From Podarcis vaucheri (Eukaryota), in the NCBI GenBank assembly GCA_965113315.1, contig OZ220363.1: a stretch of DNA of 64,000 nucleotides; one strand, 5' to 3'. The position numbers were made by a program, and so were the translations under genes. The notes below the pieces were generated by a model that was not told the DNA's origin, searched no databases, and worked only from the letters and a program-made list of their open reading frames with translations. This document shows, piece by piece, positions 22,262 through 35,565 of the stretch (positions are counted from its first letter, which is position 1; the number at the start of each line of letters is the position of its first letter).

Positions 22262-23032
22262 TACAGGGCTTTAAGTTTTTTTCTGAAAACTTATCAGGTG
22301 GTGAAACGAATAGGAAAGTAGTGCCATCAAACATAAGCTAACCGGTCAGTCCATTCTGTCAAATTTGTGTCTACACCATTTAAACAGCACTGGAATGCAC
22401 ATTCTTACATTGGACTTGAAATTGTTTTTATTGTTAAATTGCTTTGAGATGTTTCATAGGAAGCAATTCATAGTTAATAAGAGATACAGAAAAGCCTTTA
22501 TGTAGGCTGCCTCATATCTGTACAAGTTTCCTAACCTATGCTCCACCTTTGGTAGTTTAGGCAGCATTTTAAAAACCCTGTTGTTAGCATAGAATTCAAC
22601 TGGTGTTACAGTTAAGAATTCAAGTTTGATGAAATTTTAATAGTTTTTAAATTGACACTTTTAGTTTACACAACAGGTTACTGGGTAGACGGAACTGTCT
22701 CAAGCCAAATTTAAAATAAAATGCTGAATTGAAGCCACCAACAAAACTGTACAAGCTGTACATTTCCTCTAAACAGAGGCTGCAAATGCATTCACTGTAT
22801 AGTTTAGGATAGTATTAACAGATGCAACAATTCCAAAAAAATCCAGGCAGAACTATATGTGCACATATAAAAATATAGCAGTTCATATGCTTTGTGTAAT
22901 CCATTTGCCAGTCAAAGACACACTGCCATTTTCAAATACTGTACAACCAAAACAGTGGTTGTGTGAAGACAAGTTACAACCTCATGTTCATCACAGCCAA
23001 ATGCAGATATGTGACTGCAGAAATTCTACCAG

Positions 23033-26000
23033 TTAGTTGTTCAACTTCTTCCTTGTTCCCCCAGATGCTTGGCCATGTAGTCTTGCTTTGTAGATCTGCT
23101 TATCAGACATCAACTTCTGCTGGTTTCTTTCTTCGAGTTTCTCAATCAACCGTTCTATCCGTATGTGCGCTAAAACAAGGTTCTCCTTTAACTACAAAAA
23201 ATAATAATCACCAAGCTTAGATAAAATGAAGTGATGCAGAAAACCAATTATATCAGCCAAATCTTTTGTCAGTGAAAACAAAAAATTGTCCAATATTTTA
23301 AGTCCAGCGATACACCTTGTAGCTATGCATTTGAGAGGCATCTCTGTTAAAGGTGTGGGAGAAAATCAACATTGCACCAAGGCTATTCTGTCAGGTCAAG
23401 CATTTTGGCTTGCTAGATGAATCAATCCCCTTTACCTGTTTCGGGTGTTCTCTCAACCATTGACCCAATTATAGAGGGCACAGGGGAAGGAGGGGGGAAC
23501 CCCAGTGCACAAGCAGAAGTCCTTGTTCAGGGTATCTCTCATGTATCTTGGGAAAGTGACTAGGGCAGCTGAGCGCTCCTTCATGATAACTCTCCAAACT
23601 TGATTGGCATGAACCCAGCATGCTGACAACCGATCCTTCAAGAATCGTGTAAGACAGTTTGTCATGTGCAAATTTGGTTCCACTTGCTCCTCACCTTTTA
23701 GCCCACCTCACTGGCCTCAGATGAAAGCTGGTACTGTCAGCTGTGTAGTTTGACAATCATACTTGGGAAGATTTAAGCTCAGATAGGTCCCCTGTGGCCT
23801 ACCATAGCTGTTTGCTAGCACGGTCAAGGGTTGCTCATCCCTGATTTAAACAGTTCCACTTGATCTAAAGAAACAATGAAGCTGTACAGGGCCTGTTCCA
23901 AACCTCTCCAACTGCACAGAATCCACTGCAGCAGCTATTTCATTTGGCATTTGGGTAATGGCAGAAGCCTCAGAATATGTGAGAGGAGTCCACAATGCAG
24001 TTCCTACCAGAACTGGGGCAACATTAATGCAGGAAGAAGCCACGCTGTGGACTCCTCTTTTATAGCACAGGAATTCTCCTGTTTCCTCGAGTGGCACAGG
24101 AAAGTCAAGCTGGAACAGCTCCTATTTGTCTCAGATAAAGTGAGGACACACTCTCTGAATATCTTATTAGTAGAGTATACTATATTTGCCTTTGGTATTC
24201 GGCTGCCGAATGTGTTCATGTGCTCTTTGGTTTAAATGAGCAAAGGACTGCATTAAGCTCAATTTTATGGACTGCTTGTTTTGAAAAGCTTGTTTATGAG
24301 AACAGGATGCTGTAGTTAGTTTCCAGAAAATATTTATAATCTAAACTGAAAAATGTTAATATTTTACCAGTTTAAAGTATAAATATTTTCTGGAAACTAA
24401 CTACAGCATCCTATTTTCATACAACCATGTGCTTGAAAGAACAACCGGTGTTAGCTAAGTGTGCCTGGGAGCTATTTTTTCTATTTCACAGACTTGGAGG
24501 GTTGCCTTTGGTTTGCCAAGCCTCAAAACAGTTTGTGCCCATTATTATTACTAGAAAAGAGCCTGTGTTTCTATGTTCCATAAATGTCTGAAAGACTGCT
24601 CTGACTACTCCTTTTAAACCTCAGTTTAGTATATTGTGCAACAGTCTATAAGAGAAACCCAGGTTCAAATTCTGCCCTGTCAAAGACTATCAGCACAATT
24701 CTATCTATGTCTGCTCATAAGTAAGTCATACTGAATCGGTGATTTTAGTGGGCCTTATACTCCCAGGTGAATGGGGTTAGGATAGCAGCCTAAAAAAGTT
24801 CACAAGACGCTCTCTGTTGCAAGGGTTGCAAAGCTGATAAGAGCACTTAACATGTTTTGTAATGGTACATATTTTTGTACATTAGTCACATTTTTATCTG
24901 CCCAGTTCCCCTGTGAGAAGGGGAAAACAGTAGTTAACAAACACAAAATCAGAAGAACACTTACTTTCTGTACTTGTTCCTTTAGGCTCACAGGAGGACA
25001 GGTCATCATTGAGGCTTCAATTGTGGTTTTAGTTTTTAACAAGTAACTGAAAAACAGGTTAAAAGACAATACATTTTGAAATTAGCTGATCAGTCATAGG
25101 AATGTATGAATAAAGGAGAAGATAAACATAACTTATATTGCAATTTTTCAGAATATTGCGTTCACTTTTTTCAACATTTTATGTCTACTCCAGCAAGAGA
25201 AATCTAAATATTCAAAAGTGAAGATTATTAATAATAACAACCATGTAATAGTATTTTGCCAGCATCCTGATTTCAATGATTATATCCTAACGTGATATAA
25301 TCTCCTGAAATTAATAGGTTTCCACAATCTCATACTGCAGTACATTTCAGATTCTTAACAATGTATTTTGAAGGACCTAATTATTCAATATACAACACTT
25401 ATTTTATTTTCAAGAAAATAACTTCTCGCCTCTCCTGTCCCTTCCTCAAGTAGGCTAAACTTTTGTGGTCATAGATCACTTCTATTTTATAGCCAAGTTT
25501 TAAGCCCTTTCACACAGCATATTCAAAGGTCAATGCCTTATCATGAAGTAATACTTAAGCAGCCAATCAACAAGTAAATGTCATCCACTGAAAAGCACCG
25601 TCTTGAGCTGTGACAATACGGTTTCTCATTCACAAGTCAAGACACAAGACTGCATGATCATTGTTTAGCATAATAGCAAAGCTATTCAAATCCCAGGTCA
25701 GCTGTGAAGCTCACTGGGTGACTTTGGACCTGTACTTCCCACTAACCATATAATACTGGGCTGTTGGGAATCTAAACTGGAAGGGAAGCAGTCCCCTGAG
25801 CTCTTTGTAGAGGTGATGGGATAAAAAAGGGGGGGAACAATTAAGTGAAATCACCCTTAAGATCCAGAAAATATGAATGGTACTTTCCAGTGGCTAATTG
25901 AATAAATCTCCTAAACTTTTATTCCCACTGGAAAATTAGTTTTAGATCAGCTCTCATAACAGCATGGTGTTACTATTGGAATAGTTATTTTCAGTTGTAT

Positions 26001-28987
26001 TCTGCTTCAGTTGTACGCCCAAACATTAGCTACATGTTGTGCTGCTGTAACTACCACAGCATAGTGTCTACAAATGATGCCATCAGCCAGTATCTCTTTT
26101 GGAAAAGCCTTTTTTAATCCTTTGCATGCCTTTTTATGAAACCTTCATATATAAACTTATACAGGATGTCTTGTATGTGTCAGTTTGTTACCCTTCGTTT
26201 TACTGGAGTTTATCTGTATGACTTAACCATCCAATCAGTTCAACATGCATCTGGACACTAACCATATGATGTTGTCCTTCAAAAGGCAAAAGAAGCCTCG
26301 CAGGTGAGCCAGAGGTTTTGAACAATAGAGTCTGAAACCTATTCCCGCTTTACATTCTCGACAGTACAACATGTTGTAGGTGCTGGGGAGAAAAGACCAT
26401 GTGTGAAGTCAGCATTCCATAATCTGCTTTATGACCAAACTAGGGGCTTCAGACACCATAAGCAACATTTTTGGAATTTGCCCTAGAAAATCCAGAATTA
26501 TTCAGTTATAAAAACCAAATTTAGAGTATGTATCTTTCCATTAGTAGATAGCGGGCATAGGCAAACTCGGGCCTCCAGATGTTTTGGGACTACAATTCCC
26601 ATCATCCCTGACCACTGGTCCTGCTAGCTAGGGATCATGGGAGTTGTAGGCCAAAAACATCTGGAGGGCCGAGTTTGCCTAGCTTGGTATATAGCTTCCA
26701 AATTTACAGGGGAGAGGGGTGTTGCAAAAACCTGTATGAACATATTCCTCGTGATAAGAATGCAGCATGGTTTCCTTACTACAGAATATGCATCCTTAAA
26801 CAAAATATGCTGCATTCATCCAAAATATTTACAAAGAAGTCCTATGGGGGCAGCGGTGGGAGAATCCAAGGTGGAGGAAAAACCAAATTGAAAGCTCTGC
26901 AGAGCTGGTAGGGCAGAAAATTGGGGTGGGGAACAAGGAGGATGTTTCTGAATTTCTTCTTTCACTGGTTCCCATAACATCTTATTGTTTTCACAGTCAG
27001 AAAGCTAGAGAAGGCAGAAACCCTTCTCTGCCCAGATCTTTCTCTATCTATACTCTTTTAGGACCCCAGGATACCCGCCCCAGGAAACAAAGGAAAGAAG
27101 AGATGCAAAAAGAGCCATTTCTCGGAGACAAAGGATGCTCATTGGGAATGAAATAAACATTTACTTAAGCCAGGCATTTTATTTTGAAAAAGTACTAAAA
27201 AAAACAAGTCTGGCAAATAAAGTATTATTTATTTCATTAGCCACCTTCCCCAAGTCACATGCAAATAAAACAAAAAGGTGGCATAGGGTTCCAAGATATG
27301 CTTGCTCTTCTAAGCATCTGATGTAGTACATTTTAATTAAAAAAACTACAACTCACCATCCTTTGAGGTCTCCCTCAATACAGACCATCAAGTTATCTTC
27401 CACTACAACATCATTTGTAACCTCTGAAAAGAGAAGCAGAGCTTTTGCAGATTGAATAAAGCTAAGCATTCATCAATGAATTACATTCAAACACTTTATT
27501 TCATTTAATATTTATTCAGGGACCTGTTAAGACACCTGTAAATTATTCAGATAGATCTCATAGAAACAATTTATTTTCATGCTTGAAAAATAAGAGATGG
27601 CTAGTGCTAGAATCACTGCAACATGCACTTTAGGTTTAATATATATTATTACAGGCATATTTAAATTGGTACTGAAGCATTTTACACAAGCTAAGATCTA
27701 AATTTAAAATGTCACTTTCAGAAATCATAGTAGAAAAGGGACTCTCATTGAAGATTGCAAAAGTGGATTCCTGTTATGATAGAAATTAATGCTGTACTTT
27801 GGAATTCACACCATTCTTTATTTAGATCATGGCTTGTTGTTGATTTATTTAACATCAGTTAAGATTAATATTAACATTGGTTAAGATGGCGTGCTCTGGT
27901 CCATGGGGTCACAAAGAATCGGACACGACTAAACAACAACATTAACCAGTTTATTGGTTTGGAAATGAAAGCTTCTGAACTCCTTGTGGCTATGCCACAT
28001 GAGGGGAAGAGGCGGGAATCACCCCAACAGAAGGCTCTCCACAGCTTATTCACATCACACTAAATTGGTTTAGTGTGTGAATGTGGCCTTCTCAGCCTCA
28101 GAATGGTTGTGGGAGTAAGGGCAAATAGAGTGTCATATATGGCCTGCGGTCTACATTCATGCTTGGCTAACCCTGTAGGGTCTCTCTCTCACACACACTC
28201 TATATATATATATATATCTACTGCTGCCAATACTGGCAAGGTCTCATGGAACTACATCATTTTTGTTTTTTAAATGTATTTTTATTGCTTTTATTTCTTA
28301 TGCATTACATTTCAGTTTGAATTACAAGAAAATACAACATAAGAAATGAAAGCAATCAAAATCAAACAGTACCTGGCAGAAGACATCACAGAAATCATGA
28401 GCCACGACCAACATTTTTCAAGTGGCGGGGGCGGGGTGGGTTTGACCATCGGCTCAAATCTTTTAAATTCCATGTTTTGAGCTTCGCACGACCCCTACAC
28501 GAATGTAACAGGTGTAATGATAACCCGTGTACATTGCCACGTGCGACAACAATCCTGCGTGTATTTAGTTGAACATCTGTGCAGCCTGATTGATGAAGAG
28601 CCCGGTGTAGCTCGAAAGTTCGCGCCTTTTCTTTTTCTAAAGAAAAAAAAGCGCCTTTCCTTTTTCGCTCCGAGGCTGCCAACCCAACACTCAAAAGAGT
28701 GCGACCCACTCACTGAAGCAAACGAGAAGGCGGAGCTTCTCCTCCTGGGCGCAGAGATGAAGCGAGTCGCCCAGCACCGAACGGCAACCGCGGCACTGGT
28801 AAAGCACGCAGTCCTCCAGCCTGAGACTCCGGGAGCCCGGAAGCCGCTCCCCGGGGTTCTCCGGAGGCTTTGCGCTTTGCTGACCATGGCGGCAGCTCTT
28901 CGTCCCGGGTTCCGCCCGATCCACCCTGATCACGCCTCCCAGTCGGGGCTCTTGGAAGAAAAGCTCCAGCTGCCGCCGCACGGCCAT
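23033..28987 (-). CDS. OIP5: Opa-interacting protein 5 / Mis18-beta, 5 exons, ~233 aa
   Basis: Exons 28987-28714, 27423-27357, 26382-26263, 25046-24965, 23191-23033; all GT-AG with consistent phases, 702 nt in total. Yippee/Mis18 CxxC pairs (CRGC, CREC), LRGFFCL, YLLKTKTTIEAS and a C-terminal coiled coil LKENLVLAHIRIE. Candidate AATAAA on the minus strand at 22432-22427. Confidence 0.95.
26552..26686. mobile_element. Palindromic hAT-type MITE
   Basis: ggcataggcaaactcgg...ccgagtttgcctagcttg with imperfect 8-bp TSD gtagatag/gtatatag; same family as 62000-62378. Confidence 0.8.
27887..27940 (+). mobile_element. BovB/RTE LINE 3' tail fragment
   Basis: ggcgtgctctggtccatggggtcacaaagaatcggacacgactaaacaacaac is the typical BovB 3' end with a (CAA)n tail. 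Confidence 0.75.
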
Positions 28988-29447
28988 GTTGCTTCCCGCC
29001 AACTTTTCAAACCTAGTCCCCACCCCCTGGGGCGCCTATTGGGGCAGTCCCTCATGACGCTAGCAGGCTTTCCCCCCTCCGATTGGGTGCCGCTCTTACT
29101 CCTCAAGCTTTCCCCAACCAATCGCGTTTTCAACCCAAAGGGCGCTTTTGTTTTACCTCGGAGCGTGTGGAGAGCCGGAGAAGCCTTCGCGCCTTTTCGA
29201 AACAAGGGAACGAAACGGTGGTGGGGTTGGCTTGTTGTTGTTTTAATTATTTATTTATTTATCTATCCGGGGTTCCTATTGGCTAGGAGCCTCCTTCGAG
29301 CACCACCCACTTTCGCTTGCGGCTCGACCAATGAGACGGCGCGAGAGGTGATTTCGAAGGCGGCGCGGCGGGGAGGAAAGACGGCGAGCGCTGAGCGGGC
29401 GGGTTTGAAGTGCGGCGGTTGGAACGGTCGGTTGGATAGAGGCGAGC
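28988..29447. promoter_or_regulatory. Bidirectional cell-cycle promoter shared by OIP5 and NUSAP1
   Basis: The two ATGs are 461 bp apart. CHR TTTGAA faces each gene (29011-29006 minus; 29404-29409 plus). E2F-like TTGGCGGGAA at 29002-28993, five CCAAT boxes (29038, 29082, 29118, 29278, 29328), MYB-like CGGTTG at 29416 and 29429. Confidence 0.85.
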
Positions 29448-32400
29448 ATGGAGGCTCCTTCCGCGCAGCAGCTGGAGGCGCTCAAGTACGGCGAGCTGAG
29501 GCGCCTGGCCAAGAGCGCGGGGCTGAAGGCCAACCTCAAGGTGCGGGGGCTGCGCGCAGTGAGGCGGCGTTGGGGCTGGGGGGGGGGGCGAGGCGAAACG
29601 TGAGAGGGCCGTTTTTCGGAACGAGAGTCGTTTTCGGCACACAGGTCGGGTAACATGGCCGCCGTTCTTTAGCCGTCTAACTTGCCTTGTGAGCCTCAGA
29701 GGAGCTCGCGCGCCCAGGACGAGCTAATTAACTTGACACAAGCTATAGCTTAGGGCCCCACTCTCTTGGGCCCCTCCCTAAAAAAATGAAAGGAAAGAAA
29801 CTTGGATTTCAAAAATATAAGATAAAAAACCAAATAAAATAAAACCTACATGCAGCAACAGTGTTTTGTGTTGTGTATGGACCAATTAGGTTCCTAAATT
29901 ACCATATAGCATATATTCAACATAAAAAACAGCTACAATTTGTTGTTGACAAAGGACAGCTGGACATATAAAGGCCCCCGCTTACCTTCAGTTGCTTAGG
30001 GCCTCATCAAACCTAAATCTGGCCCTGCAAACACTAGTGGCCAAAATTGGGGAAAGTATATTTCTGAGGTTTGACCGCTCATAACACCACCTTTTTTTCG
30101 AGCAATACCGTAAAATTATGTATCAATGGAAAGATAATTTAATGAAGAATATAATGTAACAAAGTTTGTTTAGTTATCTGTATTCTATCAATACAGTTCT
30201 ATCAGCTGAAACGTTAAATCGCGACCTGCTCATGCACTGACGCGGCACTGTGGGTTGCGAACGTGCATGGATCGCATTCGCTACCCGAGGTTCCACTGTA
30301 CATCGGAGGCACTAGTCCATATGAACTGTGCCTGCTCAAGTTGCCTAGTCAATTTGAAACGGGCGCCCTACTCAAAACAATTATGCCAGAGGGCGATCTT
30401 TTCTAGATTGCTTTCCTGTGGTGCATTTAACTGGCCGCAAACAAACACCAACTGGCACCAGCTTTGTAGCGAGTGCTTCTAGATAGCTTTATTGTGGGAT
30501 CAGGGCTTACCCGTTGCACCCCTTTGTATACAAATTGGGTTTGGCTTTTGCTGTCCAACTCCCCAAGGATATTCAAGTGCCCTGAGTCCATGATGGGTCA
30601 GAGAAGAATAGCCCACATACTTTCCATCAAGTTCTGCCTGCTGTTGTGAACAGCAAGTGGTGGAACAGCAGTGAATGTTATCACTACAAAAACAGTGTAT
30701 GGAAGCTAATGTGCCAAAGACACAGAAAAATCTGGTCTGAATGACTTCTTTGTGATATTAAATATCCTTTCCTAGGAGCACCCAGTATGTTCCTCTTTCT
30801 CAAATACAGGATCCCCAATTCTGTTAGCTGAACATAGCAGTGAAAGACTATGTAACCTATTTCTATACCTAATGTTTTGCCAACTTGAAAAGACTGCCCA
30901 TTCTTATTACTCAATATAATCTATCAGTATAATCTATCATGACATGTCTATTTAATTTAAAGTGACTTATAATGGTGTATTCTCTAATTTTATATGAAAA
31001 AAACCTGGTGAAATGAAACCTTGTGTACACTGATCTCACATTATTCTGTAACTGTTTTGTAGGCAGACAAGTTGTTACATTTGTTGAAGCAGCACTTCTT
31101 TGCAGCAGTAAAGGAAAATGGAAGTATGGTAAGCACAAAATATATTTTGCCTATCAATTTCTGTGTTTTTCATTGCCTTTAAAACACCCTGCTCACTTGT
31201 TAATTATGCATATGCTGGCACAGAAGTGATTCTCACCTGATTTTTATCAGAATTATTCTTGGGGTATAAACTGTAAGCCATTTTCTGAAATCACCAAATA
31301 AGTGATTGAGTTTCAGCTAGGTGGGAAAATCTCCCCATGTTGCTTCTTCAATGTTTACAAATAATTTGGAAATAAGGATGTGGTCCAATTTGCTTGGTAC
31401 AGGTAAACAAAAGAAGCTTATCTACAGATACAGATGAGCTGGACAGCAGTCAAAGGCTTGTAAACGAGTCCATGGTGACTAAAAGGCGTAGAAAACAGAA
31501 ATATGATGATACACAGGGAAACCCAGAAGGAAAAACAGAACTTCCAGAGAAAGAGGTGACTTTATGTATCATTGAGTCTTTGTATTGTAAATATTTACCT
31601 GCTGCTTTTGGAAGTTTATACTGGTATTTTGTGCTTTTGAAAAGCGTTTTATATGAAAAGGCTATAGTGCTTTATGCGATGATCAAAAGGTAACAACATT
31701 TATGAGTTGTGTGTACTATGTCCTTCAAAAAGGTGTCAAGAAATGTCTGATCCTGAACCCTGTATAAATTAGGTTATGAATATGTTACTTTGTAACATTG
31801 TTAGTTATTGGGTGCAAAGAACTATTCAGTGTACTCTCCAGCTTTTGAAATCCATGTTCTGATCTTTTGCCTGTATATTTACAGGCATGCATTGAAGCCC
31901 TAAGGCTTTCTTTTACTGTTCTACTGTAGCAGGAAAGCAAAATGCTTATTTACAAGTTTAATTTTTTGAACTTCAGATTCTGACAGAGGTGACAGAATGT
32001 GAAGAGGCCCAGGAAGTTGAGTCCAGAAAAATGCTGAAGACCAGCCAAAACAAGTGTCTGTTGAACAGTGGAACTGTAGAAAATTTAGTAGATAACTCAG
32101 ATACTGAAGATCAACAAAAAGAGAAAAAAACCAGAAGAAAAGGAGGTAAAGTAACTTGTACTTTTAAGTAAAATGCTTGTTTTGTACTAGTTCAGTACAG
32201 TGGGGGGGGCAAGCTGTTGTCTGTATTTTCACACTCAGTAAAATCTAGGATTCTTGGGAGCTGAACAATAGTTTGTAGACAGTAAGATTCAGGGGCAGCA
32301 GTGTGCAGTCTCATGAAGGGTCTAATGTGAGAAGACCTTTAATGTACCATGTCATCAGCATGCTCAACAAAATCGCCACTGCACAAAGTCATTAGTAGAA

Positions 32401-33121
32401 AGCCTTAGCAAACATTACACTCATATGAAAGATTATCTGATGGAAACTTGAATAGCTAAATTTGTCCTGCTTAACTTAAGAAATATGAAAATATTAAGAA
32501 CAGTTTGAAATTGTAGCACTATTGTTGCCCAATAATTTTCAAGTTTTCTCCCATATCTGTTTCCATCAGGTAGGATTCTTGTGGATCCTGTCTCTGAAAA
32601 GAAACCTGGGAGAAAAGGATTTGCTTCTACCACACCAAGTAAGTAGCATTAATACAACTGACCTGCAATAGAAGGATAAAATATTAACCTATTTGTACAT
32701 GAATCTAAATGTTTAAACGTGCAGGTGCTTTTTTATCCTTCGCTTTGTCATTTGTTTGGCTGTTAAATCACACTGATGTGCTTATTTTAAAAAAATATGT
32801 GGGAAAGATTTTTATGGAAGAATTTTGCAGCAAATCTTCAGAGCCACTGATATGGTAACCAGCAACTATCCTTGCAGTTGAATTCCTCGTCTTGACTACT
32901 GAAAAGTATCTTATGTGACACATTGATGCTTGCTATTTCTGTTTTGCCTTCTGTGTAACAGTTCAGATGGAACTCACACAATTCCATGTATGTGGGATTT
33001 CTTTGTGCAAAGGGTTTTAACCAGAACAAAACATCTTTTGAAGGGCATTTGAAGGCTGATATGTAGAGGAGCATGGGGAGACTTGGAAATAAATTTAAAG
33101 CTTCATACTAATGAGTACAGC

Positions 33122-33154
<33 letters not shown>

Positions 33155-35533
33155 CTTTTCTTTTTGATGTACTAGTATTCTGCTTATATTTCATATGTAC
33201 CAGCTCATTTTCTTGAGTTGCATCTGCTACATGTGCTTGCATCTTAAAATAACCATGCTTTCTTACTCTGATAAGCTGTAATAAATGTGCAAATACAGTG
33301 GTGCCTCGCAAAACGAAAAACATGCAAGATGAAAGGGTTTTTCGGTTTTTGCGTCGCTTTGCAAGACGATTTTCCCTATGGGCTTGCTTCGCAAGACGAA
33401 ATTTCTTGCGAGTTTTTTTTCCTTTTTCTCAAAGTTACCACAAAGGCGAGCTCCGGTCGCGCAGCCGAGGGAAGCCCCGCTGTGGGTCGTCCAAAGTCAG
33501 CCCAAGCATGCCACTCACCTAAAAGGCATGGAGAGACGGAGGGAGTGCGCGAGGATCCCGGTGCAGAGGAGGCTCCTGCAGCAAAATAAAGGCAGTCGGC
33601 AGCTGGAGGGCTCCAGGACCCAGTGCTGCAGCGGGGCCGTCGATGGCGTTGCCGGAGACTCCTCCCTCTGGGGCTCGCTCGCTCCGCTCTGCAGAGCGCT
33701 GCGCAAAGGCGCGGCGGGACAGGTGTCCGGGGATGCTTTGGCTGAGCGCGCCCCGGGATCGGAGGTGCGGGGTGCCTGCTGCAGATCTTATCTTCCGGGT
33801 TCGCTGGGATGGCAGCGGTCGGGGCTTGTGTTATGTAAGCGCGTCAGGAGGGACTGCTTAAGAGACCGGACAAGGCTTATGCAATGGCCAGATGCTCCCT
33901 AGGGGTCGAGGCTTGCAGTTGCGGGAACGAGTTTATACCTGTAGCCGTTAATAGCCGTGCTTCGCAAGATGAAAAAACCGCAAGACGAAGAGACTCGCGG
34001 AACGGATTAATTTCGTCTTGCGAGGCACCACTGTATTTCCAAGTTTTCCCATGCTCACAGGTAACTGTCCATGAAGACACTAATATCTGGTACAAATCCA
34101 ACTGATTAATACATGCTTCCATGACATTACATGCAGATAACCTGTAGTTACTGGCATGTTAGAGAGGGAAATGTGAGGAAACTGTCAAACTCATACTTCT
34201 AGAACATTGCTGTGAAAAAGCAAAATTCAAGTTTTGACATCTGAAAACATTTGGAGATTACATTTTTACATACCCAGTTAACAGTTCTCTTAAGCTACTG
34301 TTTGTTGTATACTGTACCAAAACTTAGAGGCACGAATGATATTCTATGCTGCAAACATAAATGAGAAATCAAAGCTTTTCAGCATTTGTGGTAGACTTGT
34401 TATTTTCTTAAAAATATTACTCTGATTTATCAGCATGAATAACAATAAGGAAGATCTCATGAATCTGATATTTTTACTGACATTCATGAAGCTAAAAAAT
34501 AGATGTCAAAACCTTGGGTGATAACAGAAGCAGGAATGGTTTGTGCAAATACTGAACGAAAGAGACTTTACAACTAAAAATGGGAGAATAAATTTAATAA
34601 GGGTACAATTACAGATAATTAACACAATGCTAAAGAACTAGAGGAGGAAGATAGCTGTCACTTTAATTTTTTAAAATGGCAACTTTATTTCGGAAGCAAC
34701 AAAGCACCTATTCAAAACAAATGTCTGTTCATGTATTGAATCCACTATAGAAATTCAGCAGTAAATCTTGTTATACATATTTGTATCCAGTGCTGCACAA
34801 GTGGAGTTACACTCACACAATGATATTTCGCCTTCCTCCTCTGTTCATCCACAGAATCTTCTCTGGAGCAGATGTTCTGGTATGTGGGGTGGGGCTGTAT
34901 GGGGCAGGAGAAAAGGAAGTTACTGTGCAAATGGAACAGCAATGTTGGACACAACCTTGTAAAGTTACTATTTGCAAATAGAATAGCAATCCTTGACTCC
35001 CAACTGCAGCAGTCTGCTGCATTTCTCTGCTGGGTGCAGATAAGGGAACTGAGTGCTCCATTTCTCTTCTAGCACACTCACCTGCATGATTCTTGTTGAT
35101 TTATAGGGGGCTGCAAACTAGCAATTAAATTGGTATGTGTACTTTTAAAGAAAAATATTGGTAACAATGTTCTTTTTAATTCTGAAGACTTTAAGAAAAT
35201 TCACGAGGCTCAGTTCAAGAAAATGCAATCTATTGATGAATACATTGAAAGGAAAAATAAAATGATTCGCAACTTCAGCAATTCAGTTAATGAGGTCAAG
35301 GTAAGGATTAACTTTCTCCACCCCACCCTATATGCAGAGTATTTAGAATGAAACCTACATTCACTCATAGTAATTAGGGTGCATGTCATAAATTTAGCCC
35401 TCCTTTCTTCCAAAGACCATCTCACCAATCATTCCCTGCGTACTGTGACGTTCTTTCATACATTGTATTCTGACCCACAGAGTAGCTTGGCCCATTCCTA
35501 ATTGCCCTGCATTCCCCTTACCTTTCTTTTGCT

Positions 35534-35565
<32 letters not shown>

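Noticed and set aside
28517-29653. 378-aa + strand ORF
   Set aside because: It is antisense to OIP5 exon 1, runs across the promoter and is out of frame with NUSAP1; a CpG-island artefact.
33378-33902. 174-aa ORF as a transposase or NUSAP1 exon
   Set aside because: No DDE/D or HTH motifs, and it is not needed for NUSAP1 phase continuity.
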